DNA of 64,000 nt from Candidatus Eremiobacteria bacterium (GCA_963737065.1 CAVTRC010000001.1:576001-640000); one strand, 5' to 3'; positions 35,422 to 46,941 are shown, counted from the stretch's first letter. Numbers and translations are program-made. Notes: generated by a model from the letters alone, not told the origin.

Positions 35422-36813
35422 TTGAAAGGACTCTTCGCTCGACAGCCTTTGGCGTGGATTTCACGCGAACAGGACGGTCCGACGCTACGGCGCGCGCTCG
35501 GGTGGCCGGCACTTACGGCAATCGGCCTCGGTACGATGCTCGGCGGCATCTTTCCGACGATCGGCGCCGGCGCGCACGCTGCCGGTCCGGCGGTGATTCT
35601 TGCTTTCACGCTCTCCGGACTCGTGAGCTTCTGCGTCGCGTTGTGCTACGCCGAGTTTGCATCGATGGTTCCGGTGGCGGGCAGCGCGTATACGTATGCG
35701 TACGCGACGCTCGGTGAGGTCGTCGCGTGGGTCATCGGTTGGGACTTGATTCTCGAATACGGCCTGTCCCTTGCGCCGACCGCATCGTCATGGTCCGACT
35801 ATGCGCAGCATCTGCTCGCGAACGTCGGAGTGACGCTTCCGCAGTGGTCGCAAACCGCGAACCTCGGCGCCGGCCGAATCGACGTCATAGCAGCGCTCGC
35901 CGTTGCCGTTATCACGGCGCTCCTCTGCATCGGAATTCGTGAATCATCGCGCGTGAACGCGACGCTGGTCGTGTTTCAAATTTTTACGATGCTGTTGTTC
36001 GTTGCTGCAACGATCGGCTTCGCGCGTCCCGTGAATCTGCACCCGTTCGCGCCGTTCGGCGAACGCGGCGTACTGACGAGTACGGCATTGGTTTTCTTCG
36101 CGTACATCGGGTTCGACACCGTGACCGTCGCGTCGGAAGAAGCGCATGATCCGGTGCGCGACGTGCCGATCGGCATCATCATTGCGCTCGCGATCGGAAC
36201 GCTGCTCTACGTGGCGCTGACGTATTGCACGGTAGCCGTCCTGCCGTTTGCGAAATTGAGCGACGGTGCCGCCATGCTGGACGCGCTCGGCGCCGTCAAT
36301 CACAATCGCGCCGTGTATTGGCTCGTTGCTTTAGGCGGTCTCGCAGGGAACACCACCGTGATGTTGACGTCGCTGCTCGGCCAAGTACGGATCTTTTACG
36401 TGATGTCGCGCGATCGTCTGCTTCCGCCGCAAGTCGCGAAGATCCATCCGCGTTTTCGCACGCCGGCGACGATGACGGCAATCACCGGCGCGATCATTGC
36501 GGTTCTCGCAGCGGTCTTGCCGCTGACCGAACTGCTGACGCTCGTGAACATCGGCACGCTCGCGGCATTCGCGATCGTCTGCGTCGGCGTGCTCGTTCTG
36601 CGAATAACGCAACCACAAGCGAAGCGGCCGTTTCGCGCGCCGCTCGTGTGGCTCTTTTCGATTCTCGGCGCCGTGTCTTGCGGCTATTTGATCTTCGGCC
36701 TGCAGCTGCCGACGTGGCTGCGCTTCGGCATATGGTTCGTCATCGGCATCGTCATCTACGCCGTCTACGGCTATCGCAAGAGCCATCTTCGGACGCTCAC
36801 CCAGACGCGGTAA
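35422..36813 (+). CDS. APC-family (CAT-like) amino acid permease
   Basis: CYAEFASMVPVAGSAYTYAY, GWDLILEY, FFAYIGFD, RPFRAP. Confidence 0.92.
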   Translation: MKGLFARQPLAWISREQDGPTLRRALGWPALTAIGLGTMLGGIFPTIGAGAHAAGPAVILAFTLSGLVSFCVALCYAEFASMVPVAGSAYTYAYATLGEVVAWVIGWDLILEYGLSLAPTASSWSDYAQHLLANVGVTLPQWSQTANLGAGRIDVIAALAVAVITALLCIGIRESSRVNATLVVFQIFTMLLFVAATIGFARPVNLHPFAPFGERGVLTSTALVFFAYIGFDTVTVASEEAHDPVRDVPIGIIIALAIGTLLYVALTYCTVAVLPFAKLSDGAAMLDALGAVNHNRAVYWLVALGGLAGNTTVMLTSLLGQVRIFYVMSRDRLLPPQVAKIHPRFRTPATMTAITGAIIAVLAAVLPLTELLTLVNIGTLAAFAIVCVGVLVLRITQPQAKRPFRAPLVWLFSILGAVSCGYLIFGLQLPTWLRFGIWFVIGIVIYAVYGYRKSHLRTLTQTR

Positions 36814-36837
36814 CGGCGTCAGCGCCTTTAGCGCCCG

Positions 36838-37191
36838 CTAATCGCGGTTTTTGCGCTGATGCAGCGCGAAACGGTTGCCGTCGGGATCCTTCGCGATACA
36901 GACCCAGCACGGCGGAAATTCATGCACGCCGGTGATGTCGACGCCATTCCGGCACAGACGCTCGCGTGCGGCTTGGATGTCATCGACTTCAAACGCTACG
37001 CCCGTGCAGGATCCCGGCTCATAACCCGGCGGATCGCCGTCGACCGCGAACACGGTCGAACCAACGTTGAACTCAACGTATCGTTCGTTGAACGCTTCAC
37101 CTTCCGGCAAACCGACGATATCGCGATAGAACGCAACGGCTCGCGGTACGTCGCGTACCGAATACGCAATGAAGGCAACGTCTGTTATCAC
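36838..37191 (-). CDS. VOC/glyoxalase family protein
   Basis: GAGAGG SD and GTG; AVAFYRDIVGL, VAFEVDD, DPDGNRFALH. Confidence 0.85.
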   Translation of the reverse strand: MITDVAFIAYSVRDVPRAVAFYRDIVGLPEGEAFNERYVEFNVGSTVFAVDGDPPGYEPGSCTGVAFEVDDIQAARERLCRNGVDITGVHEFPPCWVCIAKDPDGNRFALHQRKNRD

Positions 37192-37204
37192 GCAATTCCT
37201 CTCG

Positions 37205-38375
37205 TTATTCTCCCGCGCCGGCCGGCGCGAGTAGTTCAAACGCTCCCTGTGCGGCCACACGTTCGCCCGGACGCACCCCTCCGCTTATCTGCGCCGTCGA
37301 ACCGTCTTCATGGACGATCTTCAACCGTGCGCTGTTCGAACTTCACCGAGCCATCTTTCTGTTTCGCTTGAACGAACACGACATTATCTCCGCTCTGCGG
37401 ATCTTGCACGATTGAACTTTGCGGGATCAGCAACCCGCGCACGTGCGCCACGGTGATTTTTGCGGTGATGGCGTTTCCGGAAACCGTACCCGGCGGTACA
37501 CCGCTCACGACCACGGTTGCCGACTGCGTCGACGGATCGACGGACGGAACGACGGCCGTTACGCGTCCGGCTGACGTGTCGGGCGTGCCGGTGACCGCCA
37601 ACGCGACGGGATCACCGACTGCAATACGCGCTGCATCCGCTGAAGGAACTTGCAGCGTTGCTTGTGCTTGTTGCACCGGACCGACGGACACGACGGCAAC
37701 CGTCGGATCCACCGCTTCGCCGGCACGTCGCGAGATTGCGGTAACGATGCCGTCAACCGGGCTGCGAAGCTCCGCGCGAGACAGATCGGTGTTTGCGAGT
37801 TCCGCCTTCGCGGCAGCGCTCGCTGCTTGCGCAACGGCCGCCGTGCCGTTCGCGCCGGCCGCGCGCGCGTCCGCTTCGTCGGCCGCGAGCTGCGCACGCG
37901 CGTCGTCGATATCTTTCTTCGCGGAAACGCCGGCGCGATACAGGTTTTCTGCACGCGTCACAGCCGCGCGATCGACGGCGACCTTCGTGGAATACCGGTC
38001 GACCGCGGCCGCGCGCGCCTGCGCGCTTGCGGCTTGCGCGTCGGCCGCCGCTTGCTGTGCCGCCAACGAGAGGGAACGCGTATCGAGCGTTGCGAGCGTT
38101 TCGCCGGCGGATACTCGATCGCCCACGTGAACGTTGATAGCGCCGATCGTACCGGCGATCGGAAACGAGAGCTGCGTGGCCGTGCCGGCCGGTGCGCCGA
38201 TCGATCCCGATTCGCTCAGCACGACGGCATACTCGCCGAACTTCACCGTCGCAAGCTGCACCGCAGGCGCGGCCGACGTTTCGGCCGGAACATGCGACGG
38301 CCGGTGCGTCAGCACCCAAAAGCCGGCAATTGCCACGACGATCATCGCGACGCCGACCCACATCCAACTACGCAT
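37205..38375 (-). CDS. RND periplasmic adaptor; extra base near 37322 hides the true C-terminus
   Basis: VHVGDRV.AG, LRSPVDG; shifted frame continues KIVHEDG..GGVRPGERVAAQGAFELL to TAA at 37205. Confidence 0.88.
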
Positions 38376-39591
38376 CGTTCGATCCGATCAAGAGCCGCAA
38401 CGTCGCTTGCGCTTGCGCTTGAGCGTATAGCGCCGAGATGTCGGCAACGAGTGCCTGCACGTACGTCGCGCGCGCCGTTTCTACATCCAAACTCGAACTG
38501 GCGCCGTTGCGATAGCCGATTTGCGTCGCTTTGAAGGCCGCGTCTGCTTGATCGAGCGCGCGCTGTGCGGCAGCGAGTGCGGACGTCTCCGCCTGATAGG
38601 AGCGAACCGCCGCGCTGACTTCCGTCGTTACTTGGCGTTGCGTTTTGTCGAACAGTGCCTGCGCCTGCATTAGACGCGCTCGTTCTGCGAGGACACGGTC
38701 GTGCGCCGCACCGCCGACCGGAAGCGTCGCATTGAGGTTCATACTCGGACCGTGCACGTTGACGCCGGTATCGACACCGGACGTAAAACCGCCGCTGACC
38801 GTAACGACCGGCAATCCGCCGCGCTGCGCGACCGCAACCGCATGCTCTTCCGCCGTAACGTTCTGACGTGCGGATGCGACTTCGGGCCGGTTCACGAGCG
38901 CTTCTTGCACGGCGACGTCCGGCGTCAGCGTTACGGAGACCGGTTCCGGCATAGGTGACGCCGTCGTACGCAGCGACGCAGCTTGGAGGCCCGTTTCCGT
39001 TGCAAGTGACGCGTCCGCGTTATCCGTATCGGCCTGCGCGCGCGCCGAATCGGCCTCCGCCTGCGCGACCGCGACCGATGCGCGCACGACGTCCAAACGC
39101 GGAACGTCGCCGTTCTTATAGCGAAGTTGCGCCGCGCGAAGGTCACCGCGCGCGCCGTCGAGCGCGACACGACGCGCATGCAGCGTCGCGCGCGCCGTAA
39201 GCGCCGAATAGTAGAGGCCGATCACGTTGATGCGTTCCGTCCGCTGCGTGCTTGCGAGCTCGAATTGCGCCGAACGCAACGACGCGTTGGCTTGCGCGAT
39301 GAGCGGGGAATATGCAACCAGATCGCCGAGGGTGACCTGCGCGCCGACGGTCGTCAGGCGCTGTGCGATCGTTTCGTCATTGTTCCCGCCTTGCGGCGCT
39401 TCGGCGTACGTCGCGACCAACGCCGGTCCATAACTCGCGCGCGCGGCATCGAACAGCGCCTGCTGTTCGGCAACCTTGCCGTTTGCAACGGCGACGTCGG
39501 GAGATCGGACGAGCGCTTCGGTTTGTGCTCGATCGAGTGAGAGTCCCGCAAACGATTGCAACAACACCGCGACCGCGAGGACCCAGCTCAT
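38368..39591 (-). CDS. TolC-family outer-membrane efflux protein
   Basis: RYKNGDVPRLDV, ALVNRPEV, GYRNGASSSLDV. Confidence 0.88.
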   Translation of the reverse strand: MSWVLAVAVLLQSFAGLSLDRAQTEALVRSPDVAVANGKVAEQQALFDAARASYGPALVATYAEAPQGGNNDETIAQRLTTVGAQVTLGDLVAYSPLIAQANASLRSAQFELASTQRTERINVIGLYYSALTARATLHARRVALDGARGDLRAAQLRYKNGDVPRLDVVRASVAVAQAEADSARAQADTDNADASLATETGLQAASLRTTASPMPEPVSVTLTPDVAVQEALVNRPEVASARQNVTAEEHAVAVAQRGGLPVVTVSGGFTSGVDTGVNVHGPSMNLNATLPVGGAAHDRVLAERARLMQAQALFDKTQRQVTTEVSAAVRSYQAETSALAAAQRALDQADAAFKATQIGYRNGASSSLDVETARATYVQALVADISALYAQAQAQATLRLLIGSNDA

Positions 39592-42500
39592 GCAATCGCC
39601 TCGCGCATCGCTGCAACATGTTCCTTACTAGAAAAACCGGCGTAGAGAACGGGAATGACGACGAGCGTGAACGCCGTGGCGGTAGACAATCCGCCGATCA
39701 CAGCGATGGCGAGCGGCTTCTCCATCGCCGCACCGGAACCGATACCGAGTGCGAGCGGCAACAGCCCTCCAATCGCCGCAAACGTGGTCATCAGAATCGG
39801 ACGCAGACGCGTACGTCCGGCGATGACGAGCGCCTCTTCCACGGAATCGCCGGCAACGCGCCGCCGGTTCGCGACGTCGATCAGCAAGATGCCGTTCTTT
39901 ACGACGATGCCGACGAGCAACAGCAAGCCCATAAAGGACGACACGTTGAACGGCGTTGCCGTCACCCACAACCCAAGCGCTACGCCGATGAGGGCAAGCG
40001 GAATTGCGGTCAGGATAACGAGTGGTAAGCGATACGAACCAAACGTCGCCAGCATGACGGCAAAGACGAGCGCAACGGCGATCGCGATGACGATGCCAAA
40101 CTCTCGGAAGGAACTCTGCTGCGCGGCATATTCGCCGGCGATCGTCGTGCGATAGCCAGGCGGCAACTGCGCGCTCGCAATCGCTCTTTTCACGCCGGCG
40201 ATGACGGTCGACAGATTTGCACCGGAGATCGTCGCCGTGATGAGCATCTCACGCTGACCGTTGTTTTCCGTAATCGTCGTGGATAGTTGGGCCGGCGCAA
40301 TGCGCGCGAGGGACGGCAACGCGACGACGCCGTTCGGCGTATTGACCGTATGCTCGTTCAACGCTGCACCGCTGCCGCCGATCGTGATGCGCACGGGCAC
40401 AAGCATGTTTGCGCCGGGAATCGTCGTCGCGACCGATCCTTGCGTTTGCGCGGCAAGCGCGTTCGTGAGCGATCCCGACTGGATGCCAAGCTGCGCCAGA
40501 CGCCGCTGATCGGGAGCGACGCGAATCGTCGGATCCGTGTAGACGACTCCTGAGAACGTGTCGGTCACACCGTTCACTTTTCCGATCGCACTCGCGATAA
40601 CGTTCGCATATTTCACGAGCGTCGCTTGATCGGGCCCCTGCAGTTCGATCTCGAGCGGCGCCGGCGCGCCGCTGACGTCGTTGATCATGTCTTCGAGAAT
40701 CTGGTGAAAGTCGAGCTGCGCTCCGGGAAACGCGCCCGTCAACACATCGCGAAGGCGGTCGCTGACGGTTTCATACCCCACGCGTTCATTTGCCGGCTTG
40801 AGGCGCACGCGCAGGATGCCTTGATTTTGCGGGATCGGTGAAATGCCGTTCGTGTCGACGCCCGTCCAGCGGCCGACCGAAGCGACCGCGGGATCACGCA
40901 ACACGAGCTCTTCCATTCGCTGCGCCGCGGCGCCCGATGCCTGAAGGCTCGTGCCGACCGGCAGCTGGTACGCGATTTCGAATTGGCCTTCATCGAGTTT
41001 CGGCAGAAAATCGCTCGGCAAACGACTGAGCAGCAGTACCGTAATGACGAGGACGACAAACGAACCGCCGTACACGATGCGACGGTTCGCGAGCGTCCAG
41101 CGTAAGAGCGATTCGTAGCGCTCGAGGACGCGTCCGATGACATCGTCCTTGCCTTCGCGATCTTGATCTCGCGCGCGAATCAACCACTTCGCGAGCGCGG
41201 GCGCAAGAAACAGCGCGAGCGCGAGCGAAACGATCAGCGATGACGCCAGCGTCAATGCAAGCGCGCGAAAGAAAAAACCGCTGACGCCCGAGAGCAGCGC
41301 GAGCGGAATGAACACCACAACCGTCGTGGTTGTCGACGCCGCCATCGCTCCACCGATTTGCGACATCGATTCTCTGACGACTTCCGCCACGTTCGGAGGG
41401 CCCGCGGGCTTCGCGCGGCTCGTGTCGTGCCATGCGCGATGCCAATTGCGCGCTATATTTTCGACGACGACGATCGCGTCGTCGATAATCAAACCGACCG
41501 CGATCGCGAGACCGCCGACGGACATCAGGTTGAGCGTCTCACCCGTTTCACCGACGACGAAGACCGCGATCGACATGGCAATCGGAATGACGATCGCCGC
41601 AACGAGCGTCATGCGCAAATTGCGCAGGAACACAAAGATTACGAGAATCGCGAGCACCGCGCCGATGAGAATCGCGTCACGGAGCGACGCCTGCGATTCC
41701 TTCACGAGCACGGTCTGATCCCAGAAGCGCGTGAGACGCGCGCCCGCGGGGAGAGCGCGCGAGAGCGCATCGGCCCGTTGCGCGACGTCACCCGCCATCT
41801 TCACCGCGTCGGACCCGGGCAGCGCGTAGAAACTCATGATAACCGCGGGTTCGGCATCGAAGCTGACGTCATTGACCTTCGGCGCGACGCCGAGCGTGAC
41901 CGCACCGAGCGCACCGATCGGAACGCTGCCGTTTTTCTTCGTCGGCACCGTGATGCGCGAAAGATCGGCGGCCGTGCGGATGTTTGCGTCTACGACCACG
42001 ACGTTGCGTACATAATGTGCGATCTGCAACCCGACCGGCGTTACTTGCGTCGCTTGCGCCAGCGCGGTATCGACGTCATCCGCCGTCAAACCGTATTGTG
42101 CGAGCGCGCTCGGGTTCAAATCGACGTGAAATTCACGATCCGGACCGCCTGTTACGGAAACACGCGCAAGTCCGGGAGCACCGTAAAATCGCGGGACCAT
42201 TGACTGCTGAGCGAGTTCCCGCAACAGCGTCTGCGACATCGTGGACGACGTAAGCGCATACGAAACGATCGGCTCACGATTCGGATTGATGATCGACGCT
42301 TGTACGTTGACGTTGGGCGGAAGGGCAGTTTGCGCTTGCGCGATCGCTTGATCGACGTACGTGAGATCGCCTTGCACGTTGGTCTTCGGATCGAACTCGA
42401 CGATCAGTTCAGCATTGCCCTGCTCCGACGTCGTAAGGACGCGCGTAACCGACGGCAATCCCTGAAACGCCTGTTCGAGCGGCAGGCTGACCGCGGTTCG

Positions 42501-42677
42501 TACCTGATCCGGCGGCAAATTTCCAACGCTCGCCACTACGTCGATCCGCGAAAAGCTCATGTTCGGAAAGATGCTCGCCGGAATCGTCGTGTATGCGTAC
42601 ACGCCGAGCGCCGTGAGAACCGCTACGACAAAGACGACGACTTTTTCGTACCGGGCTCCGAAGGCCGCGAAATTCAC
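39588..42677 (-). CDS. RND efflux permease (CusA/CzcA-like)
   Basis: GLIIDDAIVVVENI, FLPKLDEG, GIVVKNGILL, RLRPILMT. Confidence 0.93.
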   Translation of the reverse strand: MNFAAFGARYEKVVVFVVAVLTALGVYAYTTIPASIFPNMSFSRIDVVASVGNLPPDQVRTAVSLPLEQAFQGLPSVTRVLTTSEQGNAELIVEFDPKTNVQGDLTYVDQAIAQAQTALPPNVNVQASIINPNREPIVSYALTSSTMSQTLLRELAQQSMVPRFYGAPGLARVSVTGGPDREFHVDLNPSALAQYGLTADDVDTALAQATQVTPVGLQIAHYVRNVVVVDANIRTAADLSRITVPTKKNGSVPIGALGAVTLGVAPKVNDVSFDAEPAVIMSFYALPGSDAVKMAGDVAQRADALSRALPAGARLTRFWDQTVLVKESQASLRDAILIGAVLAILVIFVFLRNLRMTLVAAIVIPIAMSIAVFVVGETGETLNLMSVGGLAIAVGLIIDDAIVVVENIARNWHRAWHDTSRAKPAGPPNVAEVVRESMSQIGGAMAASTTTTVVVFIPLALLSGVSGFFFRALALTLASSLIVSLALALFLAPALAKWLIRARDQDREGKDDVIGRVLERYESLLRWTLANRRIVYGGSFVVLVITVLLLSRLPSDFLPKLDEGQFEIAYQLPVGTSLQASGAAAQRMEELVLRDPAVASVGRWTGVDTNGISPIPQNQGILRVRLKPANERVGYETVSDRLRDVLTGAFPGAQLDFHQILEDMINDVSGAPAPLEIELQGPDQATLVKYANVIASAIGKVNGVTDTFSGVVYTDPTIRVAPDQRRLAQLGIQSGSLTNALAAQTQGSVATTIPGANMLVPVRITIGGSGAALNEHTVNTPNGVVALPSLARIAPAQLSTTITENNGQREMLITATISGANLSTVIAGVKRAIASAQLPPGYRTTIAGEYAAQQSSFREFGIVIAIAVALVFAVMLATFGSYRLPLVILTAIPLALIGVALGLWVTATPFNVSSFMGLLLLVGIVVKNGILLIDVANRRRVAGDSVEEALVIAGRTRLRPILMTTFAAIGGLLPLALGIGSGAAMEKPLAIAVIGGLSTATAFTLVVIPVLYAGFSSKEHVAAMREAIA

Positions 42678-44059
42678 TCCCCCATTGTGGTTCGCGCAGA
42701 TGACGCATCGATGAACGGCAGGGTCAGCGTAACACGCGCGCCGTGCGGAGCCACATTTGCGAGCGTCAGATTGCCGCCGTGCGCGCGCACGATTGCATCC
42801 GCGATCGAAAGGCCGAGACCGGTTCCGCCGCGTGGTCGCGCAGGATCAGCTCGCCAGAACCGCTCCGTTGCATGGGCGAGACCTTCTTCGGTGAAGCCGG
42901 GGCCGTCGTCCTCGACACGAACATTGACGTCCGGGCTGCCGGCGCGGCGCACGATCCGTACGGCAACGCGGTGGTGCGCGAAGTCGAGCGCGTTGTGAAT
43001 GACGGATGCGACGGCACGTTCCAAGGCTTGCGCGTCGCCGTTCACAAGGGTCTCCCGCGCATCGGTTTCGATCGTGATGTTGCGCGTTGCGGCAGCCGGT
43101 TCGAAGCGCTGGACGGTAAGCGCGATGACTTCGGCGATATCAACCGGCTCGAACGTCATTCGTGCGGAATCAGCGCGCGCGGCGACGAGCAGCGCATCGA
43201 CGAGCGCATCGATGCGATCCACTTCGTATACGATCGTGTGCAACGCTTCGCGGTACTCTCGACTCGTGCGATCCTTGGCAAGTGCGACATCCGCTTCGGC
43301 ACGGATTACGGCGAGCGGCGCGCGCAGCTCGTGCGATGCATCCGCGGTAAAGCGACGCTGCCGCAGGAACGCGCCTTCGAGGCGGTCCAACATCCGATCG
43401 AACGCGGAACTCAGACGTCCCAATTCACCGACGCCTTGCGCGCCAACCCGTTGTGAAAGATCGTGCGCTTCGATTTCGGTTGCGAGGGTCGTGAAGCGTT
43501 CCAGCGGCGCGAGCGCGCGGCGCGCAAGCGTCGCCGATAAGACGACGACGACGCCGCCAACGCCCAGCGCCGCGAGCACCATCGCGACGATCGCAAAACG
43601 ATCGAACTCGTCAATGAACGCGCTGCCTTCCCAGACCGCGACGATCCCATACGCGGTCCCACCGCGCTGGATCGCGGAAATCGCAATCCGTACGTCGGTG
43701 TTGCCCGACCGTACCGTATAATTACCGTTCGACGGGTGTGAGCTCGCAAGGCGCACGATCGCCGGCGGCACGCTCGGAGAGGACGACAAATAGACGCGGC
43801 CGTCATTTGTAAAGACGGCGACCTGCATGACGCCGGCCATCGCATCGAGCAATTGGCCGCGATCCTCCGCATCGAGGTGCACCTCGCCGTCATGAACGTC
43901 GGTGATCGCGGTCGACGCAGCCGCCGCCGTGTCGAGACGCGCATCGAGCGAACTGCGCAGTGAACGGTCGATTGCGGTGAGCGACACGATCGCGATGATA
44001 CCGACGGCGACGAAGACGGCGATCCCGTACGTCCACGCCAGGCGCGTACGCAGGCTCAA
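42674..44059 (-). CDS. HAMP sensor histidine kinase
   Basis: FTADASHELRAPL, DDGPG, GGTGLGL. Confidence 0.93.
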   Translation of the reverse strand: MSLRTRLAWTYGIAVFVAVGIIAIVSLTAIDRSLRSSLDARLDTAAAASTAITDVHDGEVHLDAEDRGQLLDAMAGVMQVAVFTNDGRVYLSSSPSVPPAIVRLASSHPSNGNYTVRSGNTDVRIAISAIQRGGTAYGIVAVWEGSAFIDEFDRFAIVAMVLAALGVGGVVVVLSATLARRALAPLERFTTLATEIEAHDLSQRVGAQGVGELGRLSSAFDRMLDRLEGAFLRQRRFTADASHELRAPLAVIRAEADVALAKDRTSREYREALHTIVYEVDRIDALVDALLVAARADSARMTFEPVDIAEVIALTVQRFEPAAATRNITIETDARETLVNGDAQALERAVASVIHNALDFAHHRVAVRIVRRAGSPDVNVRVEDDGPGFTEEGLAHATERFWRADPARPRGGTGLGLSIADAIVRAHGGNLTLANVAPHGARVTLTLPFIDASSARTTMGE

Positions 44060-44730
44060 CCCGCGCGCTCCATCCGGTAGCCGATGCCGCGAACCGTTTG
44101 CAGGAGCGGCGGTTCACCCGCCGCGTCGATCTTCACGCGCAGACGCCGGACGTACACGTCGACGACGTTCGACGTCGTTTCGCTCGTGCGATTCCAGAGC
44201 GCGGTTTCGATCATCGGACGCGTGAGCACGCGCCCCGCATTGCGCATGAAGTATTCGAGGAAGGCGAGTTCGCGCGCCGTAAGGTCGATCTCGCGATCTC
44301 CACGGGTCACGCGGCGCGTCGAAAGATCGAAGCTCAGATTCCCGATCGTGAGCAACGCCGGCGCAGGCGGCGCTTCGCGCCGCGCGACGCTTCGCAGACG
44401 CGCTTCGAGTTCCCGCATCGCGAACGGCTTGCGAATGTAATCGTCCGCGCCTGCGTCAAGTCCGGCGACCACGTCCTCGGTTTCGTCGCGCGAGGTGGCA
44501 ACTACAATCGGCGTTGCGACGCGCGACGAGCGCAGCGCGCGCAACACCTCGAGCCCGTCGCGTCCCGGTAAGTTCAAATCGAGGACGATCGCGTCGTACT
44601 CCGGCTCGCATGCAAGCGCGAGTCCCGCGTCGCCGTCCCCGGCGACATCGACGACGTGTCCTTGGTCTTGCAGCCCGCGGCGCATCGCATCCGCGAGCCG
44701 ATCGTCGTCTTCTACGATCAGTAATCGCAC
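44056..44730 (-). CDS. OmpR-family response regulator
   Basis: IVEDD, VLDLNLP, GADDYIRKPF, TVRGIGY. Confidence 0.95.
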   Translation of the reverse strand: MRLLIVEDDDRLADAMRRGLQDQGHVVDVAGDGDAGLALACEPEYDAIVLDLNLPGRDGLEVLRALRSSRVATPIVVATSRDETEDVVAGLDAGADDYIRKPFAMRELEARLRSVARREAPPAPALLTIGNLSFDLSTRRVTRGDREIDLTARELAFLEYFMRNAGRVLTRPMIETALWNRTSETTSNVVDVYVRRLRVKIDAAGEPPLLQTVRGIGYRMERAG

Positions 44731-44743
44731 GGTGCGTCGCGCG

Positions 44744-46243
44744 TTATTTCGCTAACCCAGCCGCGATCTTCGATCCGTTTGGTGAGCCGAGGCCGGTGCA
44801 TGCATCCCAGCCTTTTGCAGCGGAGAATGTGCCGTTATTTCCGCTCGTGACGTCATTGAAATCGGTTTCGTCGCCGTAGAGCTGCGCGTTGATGAAGCCG
44901 GCCGGCGTGCCGCGCGATGCATTGACGAGCGCGATGAGGGCGCTCCACAGTGGAGCGACGGCGCTCGTTCCACCGAACACCGAATCTTGTCCATCAACGC
45001 GGACGTTGTAACCCGTTTGGGGATCTGCATCGCCTGCGACGTCGGGAACCCCGCGATTCTTGAGCGGCGTCGCCGTACCGTTTTCGGTCACGTTGAGCTT
45101 TTGCTGCCACGCCGGCAACGCGAATACCGCACTGACGCCGCCGCCGGTTGCTCCGCCCGACGTGCCGCCGTTCCACACGGTTTCCGCGGTGAGTTTTGCC
45201 CCGCTGCTCTGTACGGTGGTCCCGCCGCACGCCACCACGTGCGGGCTCGACGACGGAAAATCCACATGATCCTGTCCGTCTGAAACGCCGTCGCTCGAAC
45301 CGTTGTCGCCCGATGCGCAGCATACCGTGATGCCGAGCGTGCCTGCGTCTTGGAATGCGCTATCGAACGACGTCATCGCCTGCTGCGTCCACGTTGATTC
45401 CGGACCGCCCCAACTGATGGACACGATCGTCGGTTTGTTCGTCGTGTCGTGCAATGCCGTGGTGATCGCGTCGAGAAATCCCGCATCCGTGTTCGGCGCA
45501 AAATACACGGCAATGGTGGCGCCCTGCGCAACGGCGCCCGCGATTTCGACATCGAGCATCACTTCGCCGTCGGGACCGTCAACTTGTCCGGTCGGCGCGT
45601 TCGTTGCTCCGTCGACCGGCACTGCGACAACGTTCGGCATCTTCAAACCTAGACCTGAAAAATATGTCTGTAAGTCAGATTCCACGTAGCCGCCGCCGAG
45701 CTCGATGAGCGCGATGCACTGACCTTCGCCGGTCGACGTCGTAGGAAAATCATAGAGCGACGCCACTTGCACCGGCGAATAGGACGTCGCCGGAGCCGTG
45801 GCCTGCCGGAAATGCGTTTCTGCTTGCGGGCGATTGTCGAGCCCCAAGACCGCTTTCACGACTCCGTCCAGCTCATCGGGAAGGTGAACAAGCCCGGTGC
45901 GTCCGCGATATTGTCCGCCCTCATATTCGAAAATTTGGAGCGCGACGTTGAACGCGTTGTTGAATTGCTGCACCGTACCCGCGAGACGCACGGTGCGACG
46001 CGGCGAGTGCTGCTCGACCACCTGCAGTCCGTGCGCCTGCGCAAACTGCGTCACGGCTTTCATGTCGCGATCGTCCGCGCCGCACGCATGCGCGAACTCA
46101 TCGCGCGTCATACGCTGCTGCGCCGGCGCATTCGCCTTCGGCCGCAGTACGACAGTGATCTCGAAGCGCTCGGATGGATCGGCATTACGAACGGCCCGCG
46201 CGCCTCGGTACGGTATCCGCTCACTGCCGGCAATAGGCCGCAT
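44744..46243 (-). CDS. S53 sedolisin/kumamolisin-type peptidase with prodomain
   Basis: EVMLDVE, ISWG, ASGDNG, RGVPDVA, GGTSAVAP, GWDACTGLGSP. Confidence 0.93.
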   Translation of the reverse strand: MRPIAGSERIPYRGARAVRNADPSERFEITVVLRPKANAPAQQRMTRDEFAHACGADDRDMKAVTQFAQAHGLQVVEQHSPRRTVRLAGTVQQFNNAFNVALQIFEYEGGQYRGRTGLVHLPDELDGVVKAVLGLDNRPQAETHFRQATAPATSYSPVQVASLYDFPTTSTGEGQCIALIELGGGYVESDLQTYFSGLGLKMPNVVAVPVDGATNAPTGQVDGPDGEVMLDVEIAGAVAQGATIAVYFAPNTDAGFLDAITTALHDTTNKPTIVSISWGGPESTWTQQAMTSFDSAFQDAGTLGITVCCASGDNGSSDGVSDGQDHVDFPSSSPHVVACGGTTVQSSGAKLTAETVWNGGTSGGATGGGVSAVFALPAWQQKLNVTENGTATPLKNRGVPDVAGDADPQTGYNVRVDGQDSVFGGTSAVAPLWSALIALVNASRGTPAGFINAQLYGDETDFNDVTSGNNGTFSAAKGWDACTGLGSPNGSKIAAGLAK

Positions 46244-46289
46244 AAGAGTTCCAGTGTACCTCGTGCGGACGGCGAATTGAATACCGGCA

Positions 46290-46941
46290 ATGCTGCAAAT
46301 TATCTATCTCGTGATCTTGCTTGCCCTCATTGTCCCTCAACGCGCGGTCGTCGAAAACGTCGTCACCTCGAATCGCGATCCCGCAGTAGATATTGAGCTG
46401 CCGAAATCGGCGCGGTACGTGGGCACGGACCGGTGGATTCTCTTCGGCATTGCAAACTGTGAATTATTCGCGTTTGTTGAGGCCGATCGCGACAAGCGCG
46501 TCAAGCGTCTCTACTGGGTGCAGTTCGAAAGCTACCTCCCCTCACTGCGCGCCCTGCATCACACCTACGATTCGAAAGATCGCGCGGTGATGGGCGGCAT
46601 GGAGTTTTTCGTTGATACCTGGACTGAGAGCAGCACGCCCTCCACGCCGGATACAAAAGCAATCGCGAGGATTCTCAAGGCCAAGGGCTACGAGGCGCCG
46701 GCGGGGCTTGATTCCGGATCGGATACGCAACACATCGATGCGCTCATTGCATCGAAGGGGTACGCGCTCCCGCCGACCTTGTCGTCGGTTCGCTTCGTGC
46801 ACACGCTCGACGAAGCGCGCAAAGAATTGATGATTCATCTACAGTGAGGCATCCCCTACGGGTCATCTGCCGACGGACCAACAAAAACATGGCCTCGTTC
46901 GACGCGCTGAAAGCGCGCTCATCATCAAACCGCGACACTAG
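46290..46941 (+). CDS. Hypothetical exported protein, probable frameshift near 46836
   Basis: Signal-like N-terminus; shifted frame continues IYSEASP..ALIIKPRH to TAG 46941. Confidence 0.55.
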
